From Octopus sinensis (lineage: Eukaryota), in NCBI RefSeq assembly GCF_006345805.1, contig NC_043017.1, forward strand, positions 24,118,001-24,182,000: a stretch of DNA of 64,000 bases. The letters run 5' to 3'. Of this stretch, positions 52,125 to 64,000 are shown one piece after another (positions within the stretch are counted from its first letter, which is position 1; each line of letters begins with the position of its first letter). The position numbers and the translations under genes are program-made. The notes beneath the pieces are model-generated. The model was given only the letters and a program-made list of their open reading frames with translations. It was not told the DNA's origin and searched no databases.

Positions 52125-53255
52125 AATGGAATTTGTATCTTTATGGTACCAGTGCCTGTGGCACACAAGAAAACCATCCGAACGTGGCCGTAGCCAGTAC
52201 CGCATCGACTGGCCCCCGTGCTGTGGGAACATGGTGGCAATCCATCAGTGCCGTAGTCAGTGTGGTGGGCACATGACAAACACCATCCGATCCGATCGTG
52301 GCCGTCCGCCAGCCTCATCTAGCACCTGTGTCGGTGGCACATAAAAACACCATCCGAAGACCCGGCAAGACTAGTCAGGCCATAACCCATGACCCTACCT
52401 GGGTCGTAGCAGTCCACCTGTGCATACCTTCCTTCTTGTGACACTTGTGAAGACCTGTTGAGGCAAGTGAAAACAAAATCAAATCAAAACAAATCAAAAT
52501 AGATGAACATCAATGGAATTTGTATCTTGTGGTACCAGTGCCGGTGGCACGTGCATATAAGAAAACCATCCGACGTGGCCGTAGCCAGTACCGCATCGAC
52601 TGGCCTCCGTGCTGTGGGCACGTAACAAGCACCTGGGGCACGTAACAAGCACCATCCGATCGTGGCCGTTTGCCAGCCTCATCTGGCACCTGTGTCGGTG
52701 GCACATAAAAACCCATCCGATCGTGGCCGTTTGCCAGCCTCATCTGGCACCTGTGTCGGTGGCACATAAAAACACCATCCGAGCGTGGCCGTCTGCCAGC
52801 CTCGTCTGGCACCTGTGTCGGTGGCACATAAAAACACCATCCGAGCGTGGCCGTCTGCCAGCCTCGTCTGGCACCTGGTCGGTGGCACATAAAAACACCA
52901 TCCGAGCGTGGCCGTCTGCCAGCCTCGTCTGGCACCTGTGTCGGTGGCACATAAAACACAAATCCATCCGCTCGTGGCCTTACTGCCAGCCTCGTCTGCA
53001 CCTGTGTCGGTGGCACATAAAAAAAAAAACACCATCCGAGCGTGGCCGTCTGCCAGCCTCGTCTGGCACCTGTGTCGGTGGCACATAAAATCACCCACTA
53101 CACTCTCGGAGTGGTTGGCGTTAGGAAGGGCATCCAGCTGTAGAAACACTGCCAGATCTGACTGGACTGGTGCAGCTTTCGGGCTCCCCAGACCCCAGTT
53201 GAACCGTCCAACCCATGCTAGCATGGAAAGCGGACGTTAAATGATGATGATGATG
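52125..53255 (+). mobile_element. RTE-type LINE 3' UTR with internal duplication and tandem array
   Basis: ATCAATGGAATTTGTATCTT...GCCAGTACCGCATCGACTGGC occurs twice (about 52125 and 52510). It ends in the common tail GTTAGGAAGGGCATCCAGCTGTAG...GCATGGAAAGCGGACGTTAAATGATGATG. Confidence 0.75.
52650..53090 (+). repeat. Minisatellite of 7 units of about 62 bp
   Basis: Unit CACCATCCGAGCGTGGCCGTCTGCCAGCCTCGTCTGGCACCTGTGTCGGTGGCACATAAAAA. There are no unique spacers. One more unit lies at about 52281-52350. Confidence 0.95.
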
Positions 53256-53528
53256 ATGATGATTATTATTATTATTATTAATATTAAAGGTAGCAAGCTG
53301 GCAGAATTGTTAACATGCTTAGCAGCATTTTGTCCATCTTTACGCTTTAAGTTCAAATTCCACCGAGGTTGACTTTGCCTTTCATCCTTTCGGAGTCAAT
53401 AAAATAAGTACCAGTGAAACACTGGGGTCGATGTGATCAACTTACCCTCTCCCCACAAAATTCAGGCCTTGTGCCAATAGTAGAAAGGATTATTATTGTT
53501 ATTATTATTATTGTTGTTGTTGTTGTTA

Positions 53529-54075
<547 letters not shown>

Positions 54076-54721
54076 TTTCTTCTTACATCGATGCTGGGTG
54101 AAGCAATCCTAGAAGACCAATTGTCAGGATCACCAAACTCTATTAAGAGAGTAACTGCAACTCCATAGGGGTGGCATCCATGGTTGTGTAATCAGCTAAT
54201 GAAAGAGTCCCTATGACTCAAACTCCCAATTCAAATTTCATAATAATGGAATTGGATGATGACAGAGAGTCATGGGAATCCATGAACGCAGCAAAAACAA
54301 AAAATTATTTTCAGATATATTATAAAATCTAGTTAAGTGAGAATACATGATCCGGAATTTATTAAAGCTGAATGAAACCAAACTCAGTTGTTGATACTGG
54401 GATTCTTTGGCTGTCGATCCCAAATGTTTTTAATTAAGAGTCAGGACCCAAAAATATTTTACAGGAATGTTGAAACTATATCCCCATAAAAAAAAATCAT
54501 AATATATATACATACTAATGTATACACATAAATACATCTTACTTTATACACATAAGTATATATATATATATATATATTAGTGTAGACACATAAATAAATG
54601 CGAGTGTATACACATAAATACATGTTAATGTATACACACAAATACAACCTATTTTATACACATAAATATATATATTTGCGTATACACATAAATGCGAGTG
54701 TATACACATAAATACATGCAC

Positions 54722-54938
54722 TTTTACTTGTTTCAGTCATTTGACTGTGGCCATGCTAGAGCACTGCCTTTAGTCGACCAAATCAACCTAAGGACTTATT
54801 CTTTGTAAGCCTAGTACTTATTCAATCGGTCTATTTTGCTGAACCGCTAAGTTACAGGGACATAAACACACCAGCATTGGTTGTCAAGTGATGTTGGGGG
54901 AGACAAACACAGATACACAAACATATACACACACATAC

Positions 54939-54984
<46 letters not shown>

Positions 54985-55435
54985 TAATTAGAGACAAAAC
55001 CACTATTATGCAAATCAAACAAAGAAAGACTTAAGCCAATACATAAAAAGTTTTAATTATATTTAATTTATATAAAACTTTTTATGTATTGGCTTAAGTC
55101 TTTCTTTGTTTGATTTGCATAATAGTGGTTTTGTCTCTAATTAATATAATATAATATTTTACTATAAAATTGGATTCAATCCTAAATCTGATTTTTCCCT
55201 GTAAATTTGGATTTATTCCCTAATATTTAATAATATATATATATATATATATACATACATATATATATATATATACAACGGGCTTCTTTTAGTTTCGGTC
55301 TACCAAATCTACTCACAAGGCTTTGGTCGGCCTGAGGCTATAGTAGAAGACACTTGCCCAAGGTGCCATGCAGTGGGACTGAACCCAGAACCATGTGGTT
55401 TGTAAGCAAGCTACTTACCACACAGCCACTCCTAC
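54722..55435 (-). mobile_element. SINE family A with a palindromic insertion in its TA tract
   Basis: The 3' half lies at 54722-54940 and the 5' half at 55275-55435, with an insert at 54975-55235. Confidence 0.88.
54975..55153. repeat. Perfect inverted repeat with 81-bp arms and a 17-nt loop
   Basis: 54975-55055 is the exact reverse complement of 55073-55153 (checked by eye, base by base). Confidence 0.95.
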
Positions 55436-55479
55436 ACCTACATGTTAATGTATACACATAAATACATCTTACTTTATTC

Positions 55480-55551
<72 letters not shown>

Positions 55552-55801
55552 TGTATACACATAAATAAATGCAAGTATATACACATAATATATCTTGCTG
55601 AATACATACAAATACATACAAGTATATATACATAAATATTTCTTACTACATACACACACACAAATGCATATTAGTATACAATATTTCTCAGTGTATAGAA
55701 ACAAACACATATTATTGTGTATATGCATTCATACATATTGCATACACATAAATACATATTAGTGTATACACATAAATACTTAGTATGTCAGTGTGTCTGT
55801 G

Positions 55802-55835
<34 letters not shown>

Positions 55836-56479
55836 TACACAAACACACAAATACTTCCCACTTGCAGATAAGAATTTCTCAGGTTATTTGCAGATGAAAT
55901 TCAATCTTTTTCTTTTCTTTTTATTTTTTTTTTCTATCTTAAATTAGATTTTCTTAAATCCCAACAGTACTTCAATATAGTGTTGGTAACAGTAGGTCAC
56001 AGGCAGAAAACCACAGATTAAATTCAGTTCCAAAGAATTATTCATATCAGGATAATTTGAGTTAATGTCTTCCATAAGTTACTTTCCTATATCTTAAAAT
56101 AAATTCCTCAGGCTTTTCTCTTAATTTTCTTATAAAATTCTGGCACAAGGCCAGCAGTTTTGAGGAGTGGGGGGGAGTCGGTTACATCGACCCCAGTGCT
56201 CAAATGGTACTTATTTTATTAAAAAGATGAAAGACAAAGTTGGCCGCCTTTTATCCAGACATAATGCAGGCATGATGTTATCCAATGTGTCCGTTACTTT
56301 GAAAGATAATAGGGTGTGATTTGAGGGAGCTTTAGCTATTATTACTAGCAAGTCAAGCATCTGCATAAAGGTTCACTCATTGGCTCAAGCATAGTTGCTT
56401 AATTTTTCAACCCTGGTGGGAGGGAAGATAAAATTCCCGCCCGAAGGTATTTGAACACAAAACAGTATCACTGGGTGGA

Positions 56480-56707
56480 TTAACCCTTTTGTTACCGTAT
56501 TTTTGTCAACATAAGCTGCCTTTGGTTCAATTAAATTTTAAAATAATGAAGCATTTTAGTAAAACAACTTTCTCATTATTAAGCTGGGGTCTGGAACAAA
56601 TTAGTGTAAAATTTTGATTGAAGATTATAACTTAGATAACATTAAAATAGTGAATTTAGGTCATAGAACCTGGGGCAGTTTTAGGCAGGCTGGTATCAAA
56701 AGGGTTA
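56480..56707. mobile_element. TTAA-MITE family 1, decayed
   Basis: TTAACCCTTTTGTTACC ... GGTATCAAAAGGGTTAG. Confidence 0.8.
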
Positions 56708-57721
56708 GGCACCATAAACTTGGGGAAAATCTAGGTGTAAATCAAAACTTTACAAGGAAAATTTAAATAAAGCAAATTATTACAACATTTTCATGGCAGT
56801 GGGTTAAAAAAACACAATAAAAGGCCTGAAATTTTGGGGGGGAGGTTAGTCAACTACATCGACCCCAGTGCATGACTGGTACTTATTTCATCAACCCCGA
56901 AAGGATGAAAGACAGAGTCAACCTCATTAGAATTTCAGCTCAGAATGTAAAGGCAGATGAAATGCTTACTTTTTATATACCGTAATATTCTCTGTTGTAG
57001 CTGAGGTACTTTTGTAATGCGACTGCAAGATGACTTTAAATATTACATGCTTTAATGCAAGCACTAAAAACATTTTTTTTCTGAATATGCAGTGCTGAAA
57101 AAAACTGGGGTGTGTCTGATTAACCTTTGTGCCTTTTATGTTAGCAAATACGGATATATGAAAGTTATGTAATGTTCACATGGTTGAGTTAAGGGAGGAA
57201 TGAGGAACAAAAGAAAGTAAAAAAAAAATTTTTATAATAAAAAAAAAAGCAACTGATAAATCAGTCACACCCCTTCCCAAAACCTGTTCTCCCCATTTCC
57301 TCATTCATGCGCTGTCCATACCAGAAAATTGTTGACTATTCAGGTAAAACCCAGCGATTTTCACTGAATGACATAAGCTAAAGAAATGTTTGGTTCAACT
57401 GAAATTTACCTCTTGTCAGCAATTGTTACTGGTTATCAAAGAAAGCAGGAAAACTAGCTGATAACAAGTTTAAAAATTGTTTATGCACTGGTATGGCTGT
57501 GTGGAAAGGCTTTGATTATAGGTACACTCACTAAGGATGACCTAGGGTTAAAGAATAACTACAGTTCTGTCTGTTATCTTTTATTGGTTAGTCATTAGAC
57601 TGTGGCCATGCTGGGCATTGCCTTCAAGAACTTTAGTAGAACGAATTGACACTCATACTTTGTTTTTTTCTCCTTTATTCAAGTCTGGTACTCATTCTAT
57701 CAGTTTCTTTTGCCAAGCACT

Positions 57722-57905
57722 TAAGTTATGGGGACATAAACATACCAACATCAGTTGTTAGTGGTGGAGGATAAACAGGTGCACATGCGCACGCACACAT
57801 ACACCTAAGTTATGGGGACATGAACACACCAACACCAGTTGTTAGTGGTGGAGGATAAACAGGTGCACATGCGCACGCACACATACACCTAAGTTATGGG
57901 AACAT
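57722..57905. repeat. 84-bp tandem duplication inside an old family A SINE
   Basis: TAAGTTATGGG starts at 57722, 57806 and 57890, and the two full units are nearly identical. Confidence 0.9.
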
Positions 57906-59359
57906 AAACACACCCAGACCGGTTATCAAACAGTGGTGGGGCATAAAGAAATACACACACATACACACACATATGTATGTACAATGGGCTTCTTTCAGTT
58001 TCCATCTAACAAATCCACTCACAAGATTTTGGTCAGCCCAACGCTATAGAAGAAAACACTTGCCCCAAGATGCCACGCAGTGGGACTGAACCCAGAAGTA
58101 ATGTGGTTGGGAGCAAACTTCTTACCACACAGCCACACCTGTGCCTATATTGTATATTTGAAAAGAAGAACATATTAAAACATATTATACAAAAGAATTA
58201 GGTGCAAGTATGATTGTGTAGTTAAGAAACCTACTTTGCAGCCACGTGGTTTTAGGTTCAATCCCACTTTGTACAAGTGTCTTCTACTATATCCCTGGAC
58301 CAACCAGATACCTTGTGAGTGAATTTTGTAAGTAGAAACTATGTGATGGCCCATCATTTATAAACATGTGTGTCCATGTAATTAAGAAGCCCACTTTGCA
58401 ACCACGTAGTTTCAAGTTCAGTCCCACTGCATGGCATTTTGGGCCCTGAGCCAACCAAAACCTTGTGAGTAGATTGAGTAAATGGAAACTAAAAGAAGCT
58501 CATCATGTGTGTGTGTGTGTCTCACCACTGCTAGACAACTAGTGTTGGTTTATTTACATCCCCCATAACTTAGCAGTTTGCTCAAGAACACAACGCATCA
58601 CCCGGTCCAGGAATCGAAACCACAATCTTATGATCATGATGCTGACACCCTAACGACCAAGCCACATGCCTCCACTGAGGAATATTTAGCTGCTATATTT
58701 AGGTTAAACACATATCTTTCTTTTTTGATGTCAGACAATGCTCAAAGTGTGCCAAAATAATTTCATTTGCTTTAAACTCTTTAGCATTTACATTATTCTG
58801 TCGAATGTAATGCTTATTTCTTCACTTTGTTTTAAATCATGCATTATCTCATAGCTTTGAGATTTTGATAAGACTGTTTATTTTTAGTGGCATTATAGGG
58901 TAAGTACAAGAAGCCAGATCCAGCCAGTCTGAATATAAAACAGGTAAAATATTTTGGCTTGATATGGCCAGTTTAAACGCTAAAGGACTAAAGCATGCTA
59001 TCAGTGACAAAAAAAAAAAAAAGGGTTGGAACCACTGCTGCCAAGTATGATTTGAGGGATATTTAGCTGCTATTCCTAGCAAGTCGTATGACCATATAGT
59101 AGCTCCTCAAGGAGTAAGCTAAGTACCATGGGCTGGTATCAGAAAGAGAGAGAGGTAGGGGCAGATCTATCTTTCAACACTGTCAAAGTGTAGTTTAGCT
59201 GGCTTTATCTGATTCAGTCAGTGAGGAAGGAAAAGCAGACCAAAGACTTGAAGACTGGAAGAAAGTCAGGCAGAGAAAAAAAAATAAAGGAGGGAGTGGA
59301 AGATGGGGGGGGACAGAATCTATAAACCCTACTGTACAAGTCAATGCTCACCAAAATGA

Positions 59360-59644
59360 ATGTGTGTGTGTGTGTGTGTGTGGATGGGCCTGCTTGTGTA
59401 CCTGTGTGCCCGCATCTGTGTATGTGTTTGTATGTGTGTGTCTGTACACGTGTGTACGTTTGTGTTTGAGCCTGCATATGTATATGTGTGTGCCTACATG
59501 TATGTGTGTGTGTGTGTATATGCATGCATTCTTGCATCTGTGAGTGTGTGTGTGCGTGCATGCACCTACCTGTGTGTATGTGTGTGTGTGTGCATGCCTA
59601 CATGTGTATGTGTATGTGTGTGTATGTGTGTGTGCTTGCTTGCC

Positions 59645-59681
<37 letters not shown>

Positions 59682-59945
59682 AAGCTTGCCTCTGTGTGTG
59701 TGTGCGTATGGCTGCCTGCCTGCATACACACGTGTGTGTGTATGTGGCTGCCTGCCTGTATGCATGTGTGTGTGGCTACTTGCCTGTGTGTGTGTGTGTG
59801 TGTGCATGTGTGTGTGCGTGTGTGTTGATGCCCACCTGTGAGTGTGTGTCTGTCTGTCCCTGCTTGTGTGTGTATGCATGTGTTTGTGTGTGTGTGTCTG
59901 TCTGTCCATCCCTGCCTGTGTATATATGTGTGTGTGTGCATGTGT
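59360..59945. repeat. Degenerate (GT)n-derived low-complexity tract
   Basis: Directly visible. Confidence 0.9.
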
Positions 59946-60209
59946 GTGAAAAAATTGCTGACAAGAGTTAAATTCTCACTTTCCCACGGTTAAAGTCAGT
60001 TGCCTGCGTAATGTTCTAAAATGTGGGATGGATATAGAAGCGACAACAACTACAACAACAACAACATGAAGCTGTAGATAACCTTGAGCTCTAGCTATGA
60101 CAAGAAACATAAGGAATCCAAAGAAGAAGGTACTAGAAATATTTCAATCAATAGACCTTATATACAACTACTACTCCCTAGACATAAAAACACGAATGAG
60201 GTGTGTCTC

Positions 60210-60445
60210 TAAGTACATGTGTGTGTGTGTTTATGCTCAATCTACGTATATGTTGACACACACACACACACATACATACACACACACACATATACACACA
60301 CATACATACACACACACACACATACATACATACATACATACACACACACATACATACATACACACTCACACACACACTCACACACACATACACACACACA
60401 TACATACACACACACACACACGCACACACACACACACACACACAC
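60210..60445. repeat. (CA)n/(TACA)n microsatellite
   Basis: Directly visible. Confidence 0.95.
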
Positions 60446-60896
60446 CAAGTATGGTGTGATTTCTCAACAAGATTTCTTCTACGATTATTTCTTTTACTTT
60501 AAATGGTTTCCCCCCTTGTTGGAATTGTGACAAATATAAGGGCCCCACTACCCATCTATAGTAGATGGCATCTACACTGACTCCCTATGCCCATCATAAA
60601 GGCCAGATATTTATTTTATCGACCTCTCAGAAAACTGAAAGGGGCAAAAGTGACCATTAATTTTTATTGTTTTTTTTCCCCCTCCACTTCCTTTTTTAAT
60701 TATAATTTTTCGCTAATTGCTGCCTTATCTACCACTATATCTCTCACATAAACGCGCGCACACACACATACCAAATTTAATACATGCATCTTTCTAAAAC
60801 ATGCATGCACCTGATATGCGCATAATATGCACAATATGCAAATACAGAAATACCGAAAGGGAATCACGTGCATGTATATATATATATATATATATA

Positions 60897-61104
60897 CTCT
60901 TTTATTCTTTTACTTGTTTCAGTCATTTGACTGCGGCCATGCTGGAGCACCGCCTTTAATCGAGCAACTCGACCCCGGGACTTATTCTTTGTAAGCCCAG
61001 GACTTATTCTATCGGTCTCTTTTGCCGAACCGCTAAGTGACGGGGATATAAACACACCGGCATCGGTTGTCAAGCAATGCTAGGGGGACAAACACAGACA
61101 CACA

Positions 61105-61150
<46 letters not shown>

Positions 61151-61308
61151 TACGACGGGCTTCTTTCAGTTTCCATCTGCCAAATCCACTCACAAGGCTT
61201 TGGTCGGCCCGAGGCTATAGTAGAAGACACTTGCCCAAAGTGCCACGCAGTGGGACTGAACCCGGAACCATGTGGTTGGTAAGCAAGCTACTTACCACAC
61301 AGCCACTC
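60897..61308 (-). mobile_element. SINE family A, young full-length copy
   Basis: Reverse complement of the 12401 type, with an internal pure (TA)n tract. Confidence 0.92.
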
Positions 61309-61814
61309 CTAATAGACAAGTATTCCTATGCATGCTTGCCTGCAGTGAATGCATATGCATATGCATGCATTTTCATCAGCACATCTTTACACATAGAGAA
61401 ATGCTGTCCTCCAAGATTATTAGAGACAGTGCAACTGTTCTGCAGAAGCCCACACATTCTTACATTCACTGCCTGGCTATTCCCTGCTTCAGTAAAGGCT
61501 GCCAGTTCCTTTCTTCTTAACAACTATTTCTATTATTTCACTAATTCTTCTCTCAGGGTCTCTTTTCTTTCTTTTTTTTAATTAGCTACACAGCTTGTCT
61601 GTCAGGCTGTATTTAACTGACGGTGCAGTCATAAAAAATAAGAAAAAAGACAAACCATGGAATTCTAATCGTTGCAATTGTTTAAATTTAGTACCACAAA
61701 TGCATTCTTAATCTTAGCTCTAAATTTTATAGTGCCGTGTTCTCTGGGTGGTATTGGTGCTAAACAGCAGAAATAGCAAGAGATAAGAGGATAAAACTTT
61801 TAGTTAATTTCTCT

Positions 61815-62040
61815 GGCGAGCTGGTAGAAACGTTAGCACACCGGGGCGAAATGCGTACTGTATTTCGTCTGCCGTTACGTTACGGGTTCAAATTCCGCCG
61901 AGGTCGACTTTGCCTTTCATCCTTCCGGGGTCGATAAATTAAGTACCAGTTACGCACTGGGGTCGATGTAATCAACTTAATCCATTTGTCTGTCCTTGTA
62001 TGTCCTCTCTGTGTTTAGCCCCTTGTGGGTAGTAAAGAAA
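61815..62040 (+). mobile_element. SINE family B, single-unit copy
   Basis: GGCGAGCTGGTAGAAACGTTAGCAC...GGGTTCAAATTCCGCCGAGGTCGAC. Confidence 0.88.
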
Positions 62041-62290
62041 TATATATCAAAACAGTTTTCATCAAATTCCATTGGCACAAGGGTTCAGCCACTCTTATTT
62101 TCAATCAATCCTACTACAGCCGTTTTTTGTAGAACCAGCCTTTGTAGAACACATATATAAATATGTGCATGTGTGTGCATGTGTGTGTGTGTGTGTGTGT
62201 AATAAATATCCTGGAAACAGCTGTAAGACCTTCTCTCTATAAATGTTCTAAAATCTACACAGCCTTGGGTTTTTTTACCTCATTCTGAAA

Positions 62291-62331
<41 letters not shown>

Positions 62332-62786
62332 ACACAAATTATGGTTTTTCCCCTACTAAATTTACTCACAAGCCATTGGTTAACCCAGGGCTATTGTAGA
62401 AAATACTTGCCTAAGGTGCCAAGCAGTGGGACTGAACTCAAAACCATATGGTTGCAAAGTGAACTTCTTAACCACACAGCCATACCTACACACACACAAA
62501 CACACACACATACATATTCTTCAGTGAGTAGATGATGTAGTCTTAGACATTTCCTGTTGATAGTTGGTGAAGGCGAAACAATATCCAACACAAGATAGAA
62601 TCAATAGAGGAAATGAAATTGAAAGCCCTGCCATATGTAGTCACATCCGCTTCCGTTCCGAGTTCAAGGAACCTTAGAGCTGAGTCAGTCTTTTATCATA
62701 TCGAGATCGATAAAATAAGTACCAGTAAAATACTTGTAACCATTTAATAGACTCAAAACTTTCAGAAATCGGTGACCATTATGGAT

Positions 62787-63368
62787 TCTTTTGTACTCTA
62801 GGCACAAGGCCTGAAATTTTGGGGGAGGGGGCCAGTTGATTGGATCGACTCCAGTACGCAACTGGTACTTAAATTATCGACCCTGAAAAGACGAAAGGCA
62901 AAGTTGACCTCAGCAAAATTCGAAATCAGAACATAAAGGCAAACGAAATACCTATTTCTTTACTACCCACAAGGGGCTAAACACAGAGAGGACAAACAAG
63001 GACAGACAAACAGATTAAGTCGATTACATTGACCCCAGTGTGTAACTGGTACTTAATTTATCGACCCTGAAAGGATGAAAGGCAAAGTCGACCTTGGCGG
63101 AATTTGAACTCAGAATGTAACGGCAAACAAAATACCTATTTCTTTATTACCCACAAGGGCTAAACACAAAGGGGACAAACAAGGACAGACATAGGGATTA
63201 AGTCGATTACATCAACCCCAGTGCATAACTGGTACTTAATTTATCGACCCCGAAAGGATGAAAGGCAAAGTCGACCTTGGCGGAATTTGAACTCAGAACG
63301 TAACGGCAAACGAAATACCGCTAAGCATTTCGCCTAGTGTACTTACGTTTCTGCCAGCTCGCCGCCTT
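62787..63368 (-). mobile_element. SINE family B with a tandemly repeated 184-bp unit
   Basis: CTATTTCTTTA starts at 62952 and 63136 (period 184). The architecture is the same as at 3863-4444. Confidence 0.88.
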
Positions 63369-63649
63369 GTGACCATTGTGGATTGGCAGAATTGTTAGAG
63401 CATTATTTATTGCAGTATTTATTTTGGCTCTTTAGATTCTGAGTTCAAGCCTAACCAAGGTCAACTTTCATCTTGACTCTTATCAGACTAATAAAATAGA
63501 GCAGTGCTTCTCGAACTATCTGATGTGGCGTACGCACAGTTTTTTTCCCCCAATGTGCCTAGGCTGGTTTTGTCTAAATTACAAATACTAATGATTAATG
63601 TTTTCTAGCATCAGCCATCATATAAATAGCATAGATGTTTTCTGTAAAA

Positions 63650-63911
63650 TGATGATGGGTGAAGATGATGATGTAGATGACAATGATGAAGATGATGACG
63701 AAGATGCAATAATGATGATGTTGATGACAACAATGATGATGCTGCTGTCACTGCCAACAATGATGATGACAACAATAATGAAATGATGGTGGTGATGACA
63801 AAAATGATGGTGATGGTAGTGATGTTGATGATAATGATGATGGTGGTAGTGATGATGATGGTGGTGGTGGTGTTGGTGGTGGTGATAATGATGATCATGA
63901 TGATGATAAAA

Positions 63912-63946
<35 letters not shown>

Positions 63947-64000
63947 AATGATGACAAGGATGATGATGAAGATGATGATGAAATTGATGATGATTTCTAT
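63650..64000. repeat. Degenerate (GAT)n/(GGT)n trinucleotide tract
   Basis: Directly visible. It runs off the window edge. Confidence 0.95.

Noticed and set aside
52650-53090. CRISPR-like appearance of the 62-bp array
   Set aside because: The units are contiguous with no unique spacers, there are no cas genes, the context is eukaryotic, and the array is embedded in a LINE 3' UTR.
52494-53240. Repetitive ORFs of 110-194 aa over the tandem array
   Set aside because: They are open on both strands because the GC-rich unit lacks stops, the frames shift with unit indels, and there is no domain resemblance.
61231-61581. Overlapping ORFs next to a SINE
   Set aside because: The starts lie in the SINE head and the remainder has no recognisable homology.

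Overview
This is AT-rich, repeat-dominated eukaryotic genomic DNA. The SINE, LINE-tail and microsatellite repertoire looks like an octopus (coleoid cephalopod) genome, which is an inference from remembered repeat families, not a database result. I cannot support any intact protein-coding gene, exon, tRNA or rRNA, so the window is most likely a very large intron or an intergenic region. Nearly all ORFs in the supplied track are microsatellite or SINE read-throughs. The window contains at least four tRNA-derived SINE families (labelled A-D here), many RTE-type LINE 3' tails, TTAA-flanked piggyBac-type MITEs and hAT-type MITEs. It also holds one complete non-autonomous Helitron, plus decayed coding relics of piggyBac, mariner, RTE, an R4/Dong-type restriction-endonuclease LINE and possibly an LTR gag. 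The most interesting unexplained structure is a set of small elements that sit inside (TA)n tracts: two Penelope-type hammerhead-ribozyme-like motifs (25980-26018 and 46970-47064) and several long foldback palindromes, including a perfect 81-bp-arm hairpin at 54975-55153. A 62-bp double-hairpin tandem array (52650-53090) is also notable. Coordinates of decayed repeats are approximate.
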